Shown here in pieces: positions 1 through 8,904 of a DNA stretch of 64,000 nucleotides. The notes beneath the pieces are model-generated. The model was not told the origin of the DNA and ran no database searches. It worked only from the letters and a program-made list of their open reading frames with translations. Both the position numbers and the translations under genes were made by a program. The stretch is from an uncultured Acidobacteriota bacterium. GTDB taxonomy: Bacteria > Acidobacteriota > Thermoanaerobaculia > UBA5066 > Gp7-AA6. The stretch spans positions 1,007,481 through 1,071,480 of the forward strand of contig CAWDEF010000001.1 in NCBI GenBank assembly GCA_963801275.1, given 5' to 3'. Positions within the stretch are counted from its first letter, which is position 1; each line of letters opens with the position of its first letter.

Positions 1-1
1 C

Positions 2-313
2 GGGCTCGCGCGGGTTTACGGGCTGCAGGCCGGTACCGCCTCGACCAACACGATCGAGCGGCTTCGTGAGGCGGGACGCGCGGGATTTCTCGCCGAGGAA
101 GACGCGGAGAACCTCGCCGAAGCATACGGCTTCTTGATGCACCTGCGCCTCGCCGCCCAGTTGCACGCGGTCGCCGAAGGACACCGGCTCGACAATCGCG
201 TGCCGCTGGCGAGCCTGTCCGCCGTCGAGCGGCGGCACCTGAAGGATCTCTTTCAGTGCGTTTCCGAGGCACAGACCGCCGCGTCCTGGCACTTCCATAC
301 GTCGGAACTCTAG
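2..313 (+). CDS. C-terminal fragment (5' truncated by window edge) of a DUF294-type putative nucleotidyltransferase (cNMP-binding/CBS/DUF294 family, DUF294_C substrate-binding end)
   Basis: Open frame from window start to TAG at 311-313; translated ...LSAVERRHLKDLFQCVSEAQTAASWHF resembles the conserved C-terminal DUF294_C motif; stop directly abuts ATG of next gene. Confidence 0.5.
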   Translation, partial: GLARVYGLQAGTASTNTIERLREAGRAGFLAEEDAENLAEAYGFLMHLRLAAQLHAVAEGHRLDNRVPLASLSAVERRHLKDLFQCVSEAQTAASWHFHTSEL

Positions 314-919
314 GTGGCCCTCTTTCGGCGGAGCTCCGTCGGCTGGAAGGACCTCGTCTTCTGGGCGCTCGACCTGGAGACCGCCGGGCTGTCGGCCAGC
401 CGGCACGCGATTCTCGCCGTCGGAATGGTGCCGATTCGTACCGGCCTCATCCAGCTCGGCGAGGCCTACGAGACTCTCGTTTGCCCGGCGGGGGACCTCG
501 TCGTCGCCTCCGATGCCGTGGCCGCCCACCACATCCTGCCGGCAGAAGCGCGCGCCGCCACCCCTCTGGCCGAGGTGCTCCCTCAGATCGATCGACGCCT
601 TCGGGAAGGAATTGTTCTTCTCCATCACGCCCGGCTGGACAAGGCATTCCTGAAGCGGGCGTACGCGACGCTCGACACCCGATGGCCGAACCCCACGACC
701 GTCGATACGGTCGCGCTGATTTGGAAATGGGCGTCCCGTGAGCGGTTCCTCGCCTCGTCTCAGGCCGAGCCTTCGGTCAACCTGGCGGATGCGCGAAGGC
801 GATTCGGACTGCCCGCCTATCCCGCGCACGACGCTCTCATCGACGCGATCGCTACGGCCGAGCTCTTCCTGGCATTGCGTGCCCGACTGGGGGCTCGTAC
901 GTTGAGAGAGCTCCTATGA
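314..919 (+). CDS. DnaQ-like 3'-5' exonuclease (DEDDh family, DNA pol III epsilon-like domain)
   Basis: ORF 201 aa; Exo I motif VFWALDLETAGL near N-terminus, later HHARLDKAFL and HDALIDA (Exo II/III-like); start immediately after upstream stop. Confidence 0.8.
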   Translation: MALFRRSSVGWKDLVFWALDLETAGLSASRHAILAVGMVPIRTGLIQLGEAYETLVCPAGDLVVASDAVAAHHILPAEARAATPLAEVLPQIDRRLREGIVLLHHARLDKAFLKRAYATLDTRWPNPTTVDTVALIWKWASRERFLASSQAEPSVNLADARRRFGLPAYPAHDALIDAIATAELFLALRARLGARTLRELL

Positions 920-944
920 TCGGACGCTCCGGGGGGTAGTCGCC

Positions 945-2147
945 ATGGAGCACGAGTTCGGCCCGTTCCTTCTCGCCTTCGCTTCGGCGCTGGTCGGCGC
1001 AAAGCTTTTCGGAGAGCTGGCCGATCGCGCCGGCCAGCCGGCGGTGCTGGGCGAGCTCGTCGCGGGCGCGATCGTGGGACCCTCCGTATTGGGGCTCGTT
1101 CCGCTGTCGGCCGGAATCACTCTGGTCGCGGAAATCGGCGTCGTGCTGCTGCTCTTCGAGGTCGGTCTGGAAACCGATCTCGAGGAATTGAAGCGCGTGG
1201 GGGCGCCGGCCTTGACTGTCGCGGTCGTCGGCATGCTCCTTCCGTTTGCGGGCGGCTACGCCCTGACCCGGCTGGCGGGCTTCTCGGCCCTGATCTCGAT
1301 TTTCGCCGGCGCTGCGCTGACCGCCACGTCGATCAGCATCACGGCACGCGTCCTCTCGGAACTCGGCGCTCTGGCGAGCCGGGAGGGGCAGATCATCCTG
1401 GGCGCCGCCGTCGCCGACGACGTCCTCGGCCTCGTCGTCCTTGCGGTCGTGAGCCAGCTTGCCAACGGGGCCGGCCTGAACGCCGCCATCGTCGTCAAGT
1501 CGACGGGGCTGGCCATCGGATTCCTGCTGCTCGCTCTCGTCCTCGGAATCCCGATCGGCCATCGCCTGGTCCGCGAGGTGGGTCGGGCACGGGTCCGCGG
1601 GGTCCTCGTCGTGGCGTCCGTGGCCTTCGCACTGCTGGTCGCCTGGGGTGCGCAGCGCGCCGGGTCCGCTCCCATCGTCGGGGCCTTCGCGGCGGGCCTG
1701 GTCCTGGCTCGGACGAACCGGCGCCACGACATCAACCACGCCCTGCGCCCGATCGTGGATCTGTTCGGTCCGATCTTCTTCGTCTCGGTCGGCGCTCAAG
1801 TGGAGGTGGATCGGCTCAACCCCTTCGATGCCGCCAATCGCGGGCCCCTGCTGCTCGCCGCCGGCCTGACCCTCGTCGGTCTCGCCGGCAAATTCGCCGC
1901 GGGGTTCTGCGCCTGGGGGACGGTCCGTCGGTCTTTCATCGGCGCGGGCATGGTCCCCCGCGGCGAGGTCGGCCTCATCTTCGCCGCCATCGGCAAGGCC
2001 ACGGGAGGCCTGCCCCCGGGCGTCTTTACGGCCGTCGTGATTGCCATCTTCGCCACGACATTCGCGGCGCCTCCGCTGCTTTCGGCCCTCCGGCCCGGAG
2101 GCCTCCCGGCACCCCGTGCAGAGCCTGATCTCACGCGATCCAGGTGA
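945..2147 (+). CDS. Cation:proton antiporter (CPA2 / Kef / NhaP-type Na+/H+ exchanger family)
   Basis: 400 aa polytopic membrane protein, N-terminal LLAFASALVGAKLFGELADRAGQPAVLGELVAGAIVGPSVLG typical of Na_H_Exchanger domain. Confidence 0.8.
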   Translation: MEHEFGPFLLAFASALVGAKLFGELADRAGQPAVLGELVAGAIVGPSVLGLVPLSAGITLVAEIGVVLLLFEVGLETDLEELKRVGAPALTVAVVGMLLPFAGGYALTRLAGFSALISIFAGAALTATSISITARVLSELGALASREGQIILGAAVADDVLGLVVLAVVSQLANGAGLNAAIVVKSTGLAIGFLLLALVLGIPIGHRLVREVGRARVRGVLVVASVAFALLVAWGAQRAGSAPIVGAFAAGLVLARTNRRHDINHALRPIVDLFGPIFFVSVGAQVEVDRLNPFDAANRGPLLLAAGLTLVGLAGKFAAGFCAWGTVRRSFIGAGMVPRGEVGLIFAAIGKATGGLPPGVFTAVVIAIFATTFAAPPLLSALRPGGLPAPRAEPDLTRSR

Positions 2148-2419
2148 CCGGCTCGATCCAACCCGAAAAAGGTCTTGACATCGGTCTCCACTTTTCAAAG
2201 GCTAGCGGGCAGTCGAAGAGTCAAGGCGGACAAAAGGGGCGATTTCAGAGGAGACCAGCGACCTCGAGACGCCATGAGAACAGGGAACCGTAAGGCCTCG
2301 TGCCCGATGCGCCTCTCTCCCTGCCCGCGGCCGCCCGGCCGCGTCCGTCGCCCAGCCCTACAACCTCTCCCGGCCGCTTCTTCCAGGCAGAACGTGTTTC
2401 TCTTAGAAGGAGGAAGAGC

Positions 2420-2482
2420 ATGGATTTAACGAGGGTATCGAGGCTCTCAGACGAAGGAGGTGGACGATGTCCGTGCATCTGA
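2420..2482 (+). CDS. Candidate 20-codon leader ORF (MDLTRVSRLSDEGGGRCPCI) overlapping start of DUF4212 gene
   Basis: ATG at 2420 preceded by AAGGAGG at correct spacing; locally low GC; stop at 2480-2482 overlaps downstream ATG 2467 in other frame; contains the SD of the downstream gene. Confidence 0.25.
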   Translation: MDLTRVSRLSDEGGGRCPCI

Positions 2483-2739
2483 CCCAGGAACAGAAGGACG
2501 CATACTGGCGATACAACATCCGCCTCGTCACGATCCTCCTCGTCATCTGGTTTGTCGTGGCCTACCTGATCTCCGGCCTCTTCGCCGGGGCGCTCAACCA
2601 CATTACCTTCCTCGGCTTCCCGTTCGGCTACTACATGGCCGCGCAGGGATCGCTCGTCATCTTCGTCATCGAGATCGCCATCTACGCGAAGCTCATGAAC
2701 AAGAAAGATCTCGAGTACGGCATCCGAGAGGAGGGCTAG
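2467..2739 (+). CDS. DUF4212 small membrane protein (putative solute:sodium symporter small subunit)
   Basis: 90 aa, two TM helices, MSVHLTQEQKDAYWRYNIRLVTILLVIWFVVAY motif; immediately upstream (5 bp) of SSF transporter. Confidence 0.8.
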   Translation: MSVHLTQEQKDAYWRYNIRLVTILLVIWFVVAYLISGLFAGALNHITFLGFPFGYYMAAQGSLVIFVIEIAIYAKLMNKKDLEYGIREEG

Positions 2740-2743
2740 TCTC

Positions 2744-4669
2744 TTGAGCCTCAAAAAGATATTTACTCTCTACACGGTTGGTTTCCTGGGCGTCACGATT
2801 CTCATCGGCATCGCCCAGGCAGCCTTCGGGCTGCCGAACAGGTGGGTCGGGTGGCTCTTCATGGGGCTGTCGCTCGGCATCTACATCGTCATCGGGATCC
2901 TGACCCGCACTTCCAATGCCGACCAGTACTACGTGGCGGGCCGCAACGTCCCCGCCATCTTCAACGGGATGGCCACCGGATCGGACTGGATGTCGGCCGC
3001 CTCCTTCATCTCGATGGCCGGAGCCCTCTTCGCCCTCGGCTTCGCGGGGCTCGCCTACGTCATGGGCTGGACGGGGGGGTATCTCCTCCTGGCCGTCCTG
3101 CTGGGTCCGTATCTGCGCCGGTTCGGCGCCTACACGATCCCGGACTTTCTCGGTGCGCGCTACCGCGGCCACACGGCCCGCATCGTCGGCGTCATCGCGG
3201 CCATCACCTGCTCGTTCACCTACCTGATCGCCCAGGTGACGGGCGTCGGGCTCATCGTCTCGCGCTTCATCGGCCTCGACTTCAAGGTCGGGTGCTTCGT
3301 CGGCCTGATCGGCGTCCTCTTCTGCTCGGTCCTCGGGGGCATGCGCTCGATCACGTGGACTCAGGTCGCGCAGTACATCATCCTGATCCTCTCCTACCTC
3401 GTCCCGGTCGTCATGCTGTCCTGGAGAATCTTCCAGGTTCCGATTCCCGAGCTGACCTACGGAAAGCTCTTGCAGGAGAACAGCGCCCAGGCCGTGGCAA
3501 TCACCCGCGATCCCGCCGAAAAGGCGACGCGGGCGATCTGGAAGCAGGAATCCGACGAAATCGCGGCCAAGCTCAAGGCGGGAGGCCTCTCGGCCTCGGA
3601 AGCCGACAAGCTGAAGGCCGACAAGAAGATCGCCGACGCGCAGGCGACGGCGCCGGCCGCGAGCGACGAAGCCACGGTCAGCAACTACATGACCGTCCCG
3701 AGCGGCGTGAAGATGTGGAACTTCCTGGCGCTGACCTTCTGTCTGATGGTCGGGACCGCCGGGCTTCCGCACATCCTGACGCGCTACTACACGACCCCGT
3801 CGGTCCGCCAGGCCCGGACCTCGGTCGGATGGTCCCTCTTCTTCATCTTCCTTCTCTACTTCACGGCACCGGCCTACGCCGCCTTCGCGCGGTTCGAGGT
3901 CTACACGAAGCTCGTGGGCACGAAGATCGCCGACCTTCCGAACTGGGTCAATCTCTGGAAGCCAGCCGGCCTCTTTGCGATCGTCGACAAGGCGGGTGAC
4001 GGCGTCGTCCATTTCGCCGATTTCGTCATCAAGAGCACCGACTTCGTCGTTCTCGCCACCCCCGAAATCGCCAGGCTCCCCTTCGTGGTCACGGGCCTCG
4101 TGATGGCGGGCGGCCTGGCCGCCGCGCTTTCCACGGCCGACGGTCTGCTCCTGACGATCGCCAACGCCATCTCCCACGACCTCTACTACAACGTCATCGA
4201 TCGGAATGCGTCTCTGATCAAGCGGTTGACCGTGACGAAGGTGCTCCTGGTCATCACGGCCCTGGTCTCGGCAGCGGTGGCGACGTTCCGGGTTGCCATC
4301 ATCGTGGAGCTCGTGGCCTGGGCCTTCAGCCTCGCCGCGGCCTCCTTCTTCCCGGCCCTGGTGCTCGGCATCTGGTGGAAGCGGGCGAACCGGGAAGGCG
4401 CCGTCACCGGAATGCTCGTGGGATTCCTGCTGACGCTCTTCTACATGATCGGCAGCCGGTTCTACGGTCTCTCCTGGTTCGGCACGGGCACCGTCGCCTC
4501 CGGAGTGTTCGGCATCCCGATCGGGTTCCTGACGATCTGGATCGTCTCCCTGATGACGAAGGCGCCGCCTCAGGAAATCCAGGACTTCGTCGTCAGCGTT
4601 CGGTATCCCGAGTCGGGCAAGCGCATGCCGCCCCCGACGTTCGGCGGCCGGGAGGCTGCCGCGAGTTAG
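2744..4669 (+). CDS. actP: Sodium:solute symporter family transporter, cation/acetate symporter ActP-like
   Basis: 641 aa, SSF signature (ADQYYVAGRNVPAIFNGMATGSDWMSAASFISMAG), partner DUF4212 upstream, acs in vicinity. Confidence 0.8.
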   Translation: MSLKKIFTLYTVGFLGVTILIGIAQAAFGLPNRWVGWLFMGLSLGIYIVIGILTRTSNADQYYVAGRNVPAIFNGMATGSDWMSAASFISMAGALFALGFAGLAYVMGWTGGYLLLAVLLGPYLRRFGAYTIPDFLGARYRGHTARIVGVIAAITCSFTYLIAQVTGVGLIVSRFIGLDFKVGCFVGLIGVLFCSVLGGMRSITWTQVAQYIILILSYLVPVVMLSWRIFQVPIPELTYGKLLQENSAQAVAITRDPAEKATRAIWKQESDEIAAKLKAGGLSASEADKLKADKKIADAQATAPAASDEATVSNYMTVPSGVKMWNFLALTFCLMVGTAGLPHILTRYYTTPSVRQARTSVGWSLFFIFLLYFTAPAYAAFARFEVYTKLVGTKIADLPNWVNLWKPAGLFAIVDKAGDGVVHFADFVIKSTDFVVLATPEIARLPFVVTGLVMAGGLAAALSTADGLLLTIANAISHDLYYNVIDRNASLIKRLTVTKVLLVITALVSAAVATFRVAIIVELVAWAFSLAAASFFPALVLGIWWKRANREGAVTGMLVGFLLTLFYMIGSRFYGLSWFGTGTVASGVFGIPIGFLTIWIVSLMTKAPPQEIQDFVVSVRYPESGKRMPPPTFGGREAAAS

Positions 4670-4726
4670 TCATCCATTCCGTTCCGGGCGGGGCCTTCGG
4701 GCTCCGTCCGGAGCGGGGGTTCTTTC

Positions 4727-5014
4727 ATGAACGAGTTCCTGCTGCGGGTGCTGTTCGTGCTGCGGTTGCTGGCCTTCATGGGAGTCGTCTACATGGCGCT
4801 GCACGTGCTGATCGCTCTCCTGATCCACAAGCCCGACAGCAAGATCGCCGCATTCTTCACGGTTGTCACATCACCGCTGGTCCGCCCCGTTCGGGCGCTC
4901 GCTCCGCCCGGAACCGCCGAGTCGCGCCTGAGACTCTTCACGCTCGTCGCGCTCGTCGCGGTCTGGATCGTGCTCGCTTCCGTCACGGCCGTCCTGGCCC
5001 GGTCGGTCCCCTGA
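4727..5014 (+). CDS. Hypothetical small membrane protein
   Basis: 95 aa ORF with two predicted TM segments, coding-like codon usage, follows actP. Confidence 0.4.
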   Translation: MNEFLLRVLFVLRLLAFMGVVYMALHVLIALLIHKPDSKIAAFFTVVTSPLVRPVRALAPPGTAESRLRLFTLVALVAVWIVLASVTAVLARSVP

Positions 5015-5017
5015 ATC

Positions 5018-5449
5018 ATGCTCGCGCTCGCGGCCACGAATTTTGGAAGTGTCCTGCTGTTCCTGGGCATCTATGCGGCTGCCGCCGCCGGCAGGGTGCC
5101 CGAGGCCGCATTTCCCCCCTTGCTCGTCCTGCTCTTCCTGGCGGCCACGGTGCTCTGGGTCCGCGTCGAAGGGGCGCGCGGCGGCCGGCTTCCTCCGACC
5201 AGCCGGGCCGTCCGGTCGGTCGCGGCGCTCGCCCTCTCCGCGGTCCTCTCGCCCGTCCTCGTCCTGATGCCGCTCTTCTGGCTCTTTCACGCCCTTCCCT
5301 CGAGCTACCGGTTCGACGTCGTCCTGAATCGGACCATGTTTCTGTTGATGATCGCCATGGTGCTCACCGCACTCGTCAATCTGGCTGGAAGTGCGATCGC
5401 CGTCTGGCGTCTTCTGCGCGGCCGGCCGCGGCCGGAGGCCACCTCGTGA
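5018..5449 (+). CDS. Hypothetical membrane protein
   Basis: 143 aa ORF, 4 hydrophobic segments, 3-bp gap to upstream ORF. Confidence 0.4.
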   Translation: MLALAATNFGSVLLFLGIYAAAAAGRVPEAAFPPLLVLLFLAATVLWVRVEGARGGRLPPTSRAVRSVAALALSAVLSPVLVLMPLFWLFHALPSSYRFDVVLNRTMFLLMIAMVLTALVNLAGSAIAVWRLLRGRPRPEATS

Positions 5450-5628
5450 GGCTCTCGTCGGCACCTTCGCGGTCCCGGCAAGGGCGAATGAGGCTCCCCA
5501 TGATTCAGGGCCGGCGCCGATCGCCGGCCTCGTGTCCCCGATGCGACAACTTCCCGGCATTACGCCGCCTGGCGGCCGCGCGGCCGGGTCGAACAACAGT
5601 CGCCGCCAGAGGCTGAAGGAGGACTCCC

Positions 5629-6963
5629 ATGTCCCGGAAACGCCGTAATGGTCTGACTCGAAGGCAGTTTGCAAAACTCGCGGGCGCCGGTGCGCTCGCG
5701 GCCGGCGGCCCGGCCTTTCTCTTTCCCGCACGGGCGGCGGCGCAACAGAAGACACTCAAGATCCTGCAATGGAGCCACTTCGTCCCGGGCTACGACAAGT
5801 GGTTCGACGGCGTGTTCACCAAGGAATGGGGCGCCAAGCACGACACCAACGTCGTCGTGGATCACATTTCGATCGGGGAGATCAACGCCCGGGCGGCCGC
5901 CGAAGTCGCGGCCAAAAAGGGTCACGATCTCTTCATGTTCCTGGCGCCTCCGGCCGCCTACGAGAAGCAGGTCATCGACCACCGGGAGATCTACGAGGAG
6001 GTCGAGAAGAAGCACGGCAAGATGATCTCGCTCGCGGAAAGATCGACCCTGAACCCGAAGACCAAGAAGTACTTTGCCTTCTCCGACTCGTACGTTCCCG
6101 ACCCCGGCAACTACCGCAAGGACCTCTGGGAGAAAGTCGGCTATCCCAACGGACCGGACACCTGGGACGATGTGCGAAAGGGCGGCAAGAAGATCAAGGA
6201 CGAGATGGGCAATCCCGTCGGCGTCGGACTCTCCCAGGAGCTCGACAGCAACATGGCCCTGCGGGCGGTTCTCTGGTCGTTCGGGGGCGCCGTGCAGGAC
6301 GCCGACGGAAATCCCGCAATCTACTCGAAGAACACGGTCGAGGCGATCGAGTACGTGAAGGCGCTCTACAAGGAGACGATGACACCGGAGGTGTTCACCT
6401 GGGATCCGTCCTCCAACAATCGGGGCATCCTCGCCGGAAAGCTCTCCTTCGTCTGCAACGCGATCTCGGTGACGCGCACCGCAGAGAAGGACAACCCGGA
6501 CATGTCCAAGAAGATCTGGGTCTGCGCCGCAGCAAAGGGCCCGGTGCGCCGGATCGCGGCGGAGCACGTCATGGACTGCTACGTCATCTGGGACTTCGCG
6601 GAGAACAAAGAGGGGGCCAAACGGTTCCTGGTCGACTACCTCGATTCCTTCGGCGAGGCCTTCAAGGCGAGCGAGTTCTACAACTTCCCCTGCTTCCCGA
6701 CGACCGTTCCCGATCTCCAGAAGCAGATCGCCAACGACCCGCACGCCGATCCGCCCGACAAGTACAAGGTTCTCGGCAACGTCCTCGACTGGGCCACCAA
6801 CGTGGGCTATCCCGGCTACGCCTCGGCCGCCATCGACGAGGTGTTCAACACCTTCGTGCTGCCGACGATGTTCGCCAAGGCCGCCCGCGGCGACATGAGC
6901 CCCGAAGAGGCCGCGCGAGCCGCCGAGAAGGAGGTCCGGCGCATCTTCGACAAGTGGAAGTAG
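5629..6963 (+). CDS. ABC transporter substrate-binding protein (extracellular solute-binding family 1, carbohydrate type) with TAT signal
   Basis: 444 aa; N-terminal RRQFAKLAGAGALAAG twin-arginine signal; SBP-like composition; followed by ABC ATPase and two permeases. Confidence 0.8.
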   Translation: MSRKRRNGLTRRQFAKLAGAGALAAGGPAFLFPARAAAQQKTLKILQWSHFVPGYDKWFDGVFTKEWGAKHDTNVVVDHISIGEINARAAAEVAAKKGHDLFMFLAPPAAYEKQVIDHREIYEEVEKKHGKMISLAERSTLNPKTKKYFAFSDSYVPDPGNYRKDLWEKVGYPNGPDTWDDVRKGGKKIKDEMGNPVGVGLSQELDSNMALRAVLWSFGGAVQDADGNPAIYSKNTVEAIEYVKALYKETMTPEVFTWDPSSNNRGILAGKLSFVCNAISVTRTAEKDNPDMSKKIWVCAAAKGPVRRIAAEHVMDCYVIWDFAENKEGAKRFLVDYLDSFGEAFKASEFYNFPCFPTTVPDLQKQIANDPHADPPDKYKVLGNVLDWATNVGYPGYASAAIDEVFNTFVLPTMFAKAARGDMSPEEAARAAEKEVRRIFDKWK

Positions 6964-6979
6964 AGGGACTGCGCCACGC

Positions 6980-8023
6980 ATGGCCTCCGTCGAGACCCGA
7001 GGCCTAACCAAGCTCTTCCGGAAGGGGCAGGTCGGGGCAGTCGTCAACGTGGACCTGGAGAGCCGGGAGGGCGAGTTTCTCGTCCTCCTCGGCCCGTCCG
7101 GTTCCGGGAAGACCACGTTGCTGCGGATGATCGCGGGCCTCGAGGAGCCGACCTCCGGCGAAATTCTCATCGGAGGCGTGGTCGTCAACGACTGGACGCC
7201 CCGGCAGCGGCGAATCGCAATGGTCTTCCAGAGCTATGCCCTCTATCCGCACCTGACGGTGCTGGGAAACATCGAGTTCCCGCTGAAGGCGCTCGGCATG
7301 CGCAAGCCCGATCGCCGGAAAAAGGCGGACTGGGCCGCGGGACTGCTCGGCATCGGATCCCTGCTCGGCCGAAAGCCGCGCGAGCTGTCGGGGGGAGAGC
7401 GCCAGCGAGTGGCTCTCGCGCGGGCCATCGTCCGCGAACCGACCCTCTTCCTGCTGGATGAACCTCTCTCGAATCTGGACGCAAAGCTCCGGGCTTCCGC
7501 CCGCGAGGAGCTGGAACAGTTCCAGAGGCAGATCGGGACGACCACCATCTACGTCACGCACGACCAGGTCGAGGCCATGGCGATGGGGGACCGGATCGTC
7601 GTCATGAACCAGGGTGCCGTCCGCCAGATCGGCACGCCGGCGGAGGTCTACGACGATCCGGCCGACACCTTCGTCGCGACCTTCCTGGGCTCCCCTCCCA
7701 TGAACCTGGTCACGACGCCGCGCGTCATCGCCGGATTCCGGCCCGAGCATTTCTATCCCGCGGGAGCGCTGCCGCCCGATGAGCCCGCCCTGCGTCTTGG
7801 CCTTCGTGTGACCCACGAGGAGTATCTGGGCGCCGAGCGGATCCTTTACGGAGTCCTGCAGGGGGGTCCCTTCGATGGAAACAAGGCGGTGGCGCGGATG
7901 TCCTCGACGCTGGCCGCACGCTTCGCGCCCGATTCCGTCCACGACTTCGCGGTCCTGGAAAGGGATCTGAAGTTCTTCGAGCTTCAGAAGGGAACCCGGG
8001 CCGTTCGGATGGCACTCGCGTGA
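6980..8023 (+). CDS. ABC transporter ATP-binding protein (MalK/UgpC family)
   Basis: Walker A GPSGSGKTT, signature LSGGERQRVALARA, Walker B LFLLDEPLSNLD, C-terminal TOBE-like regulatory extension. Confidence 0.9.
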   Translation: MASVETRGLTKLFRKGQVGAVVNVDLESREGEFLVLLGPSGSGKTTLLRMIAGLEEPTSGEILIGGVVVNDWTPRQRRIAMVFQSYALYPHLTVLGNIEFPLKALGMRKPDRRKKADWAAGLLGIGSLLGRKPRELSGGERQRVALARAIVREPTLFLLDEPLSNLDAKLRASAREELEQFQRQIGTTTIYVTHDQVEAMAMGDRIVVMNQGAVRQIGTPAEVYDDPADTFVATFLGSPPMNLVTTPRVIAGFRPEHFYPAGALPPDEPALRLGLRVTHEEYLGAERILYGVLQGGPFDGNKAVARMSSTLAARFAPDSVHDFAVLERDLKFFELQKGTRAVRMALA

Positions 8024-8904
8024 GAGGGTCCCGTCAGCGCTGGCTCGGGCCGGTCCTGTTTCTGCCGGCCGTTCTCTACGTGCTTGCCCTGGTGGGCGTC
8101 CCGCTTCTCCTCGCCTTCATCTACAGCGTCGGCGACGTGAAGGTCGGCAGCCGCGGCTATCACTTCGTGGGTCTGGCGAACTTCCGCTCGGTTCTTCAGA
8201 GCCCGGCGTTCCGGCGCTCGCTCAGCAACTCCTTCATCTTCACGATCTCCTCGCAGGTCCTGGTGCTCGTGGGAGCGACGCTGCTCGCCCTCACGCTCAA
8301 GGACGCCTTCCGCGGCCGGCGCCTGATCCGTTTCCTGATCCTCCTGCCGTGGGTGGCCCCGGTCTCCATCGGCTCGATCGGGTGGAAGTGGATCCTCGAC
8401 TCGCTCTACAGCGTCATCAACTGGGTCCTCATCCGAATGCATCTGGTCAACGAGTTCTCTCCGCCGATGTGGTTGGGCGAACCCAAGCTCGCCATGCTCT
8501 CGGTCGTCCTCGTGCACACGTGGCACATGCTGCCCTTCGCCACGGTCATCATCCTCGCGGGCTGGACCGCCATCCCCAAGGACATCCCGGAGGCCGCGGA
8601 GGTGGACGGCGCCGGCTTCTTTCGCCGCATGTTTCAGATCGAGATTCCGATGATGCTGCCCATCATCAATGTCGCCGTCCTGTTCGGCATCGTGTTCACG
8701 TTCACCGACATGACGGTCATCTACATCCTGACGCGCGGCGGCCCCTACGACACCACACAGGTCCTTCCGTCACTTGCGTTTTTCACCGGCATCCTCGGCA
8801 GCGACCTGGCGGAAGGCGCCGCCATCTCGATGTTCATCGTGCCGATGCTCGTGGTGGTCGCCTGGCTGATGCTGCGATCCGCCCACCGCGCCGAGGTCAC
8901 CTGA
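8020..8904 (+). CDS. Carbohydrate ABC transporter permease (MalF/UgpA-like)
   Basis: 294 aa, 6 TM, ATGA overlap with ATPase stop; EAA-like loop region. Confidence 0.85.
   Translation: MRGSRQRWLGPVLFLPAVLYVLALVGVPLLLAFIYSVGDVKVGSRGYHFVGLANFRSVLQSPAFRRSLSNSFIFTISSQVLVLVGATLLALTLKDAFRGRRLIRFLILLPWVAPVSIGSIGWKWILDSLYSVINWVLIRMHLVNEFSPPMWLGEPKLAMLSVVLVHTWHMLPFATVIILAGWTAIPKDIPEAAEVDGAGFFRRMFQIEIPMMLPIINVAVLFGIVFTFTDMTVIYILTRGGPYDTTQVLPSLAFFTGILGSDLAEGAAISMFIVPMLVVVAWLMLRSAHRAEVT

Noticed and set aside
852-2198. 448-aa minus-strand ORF antisense to the Kef-type antiporter
   Set aside because: Low-complexity Arg/Asp/Gly-rich translation with no motifs; typical spurious antisense ORF in GC-rich DNA, whereas the plus-strand gene has clear Na_H_exchanger features
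2693-4177. 494-aa minus-strand ORF overlapping actP
   Set aside because: Antisense to a well-supported transporter; Asp/Arg/Gly low-complexity product
5560-7188. 542-aa minus-strand ORF across the SBP/ATPase genes
   Set aside because: Antisense to ABC transporter genes with canonical motifs; no domain signature
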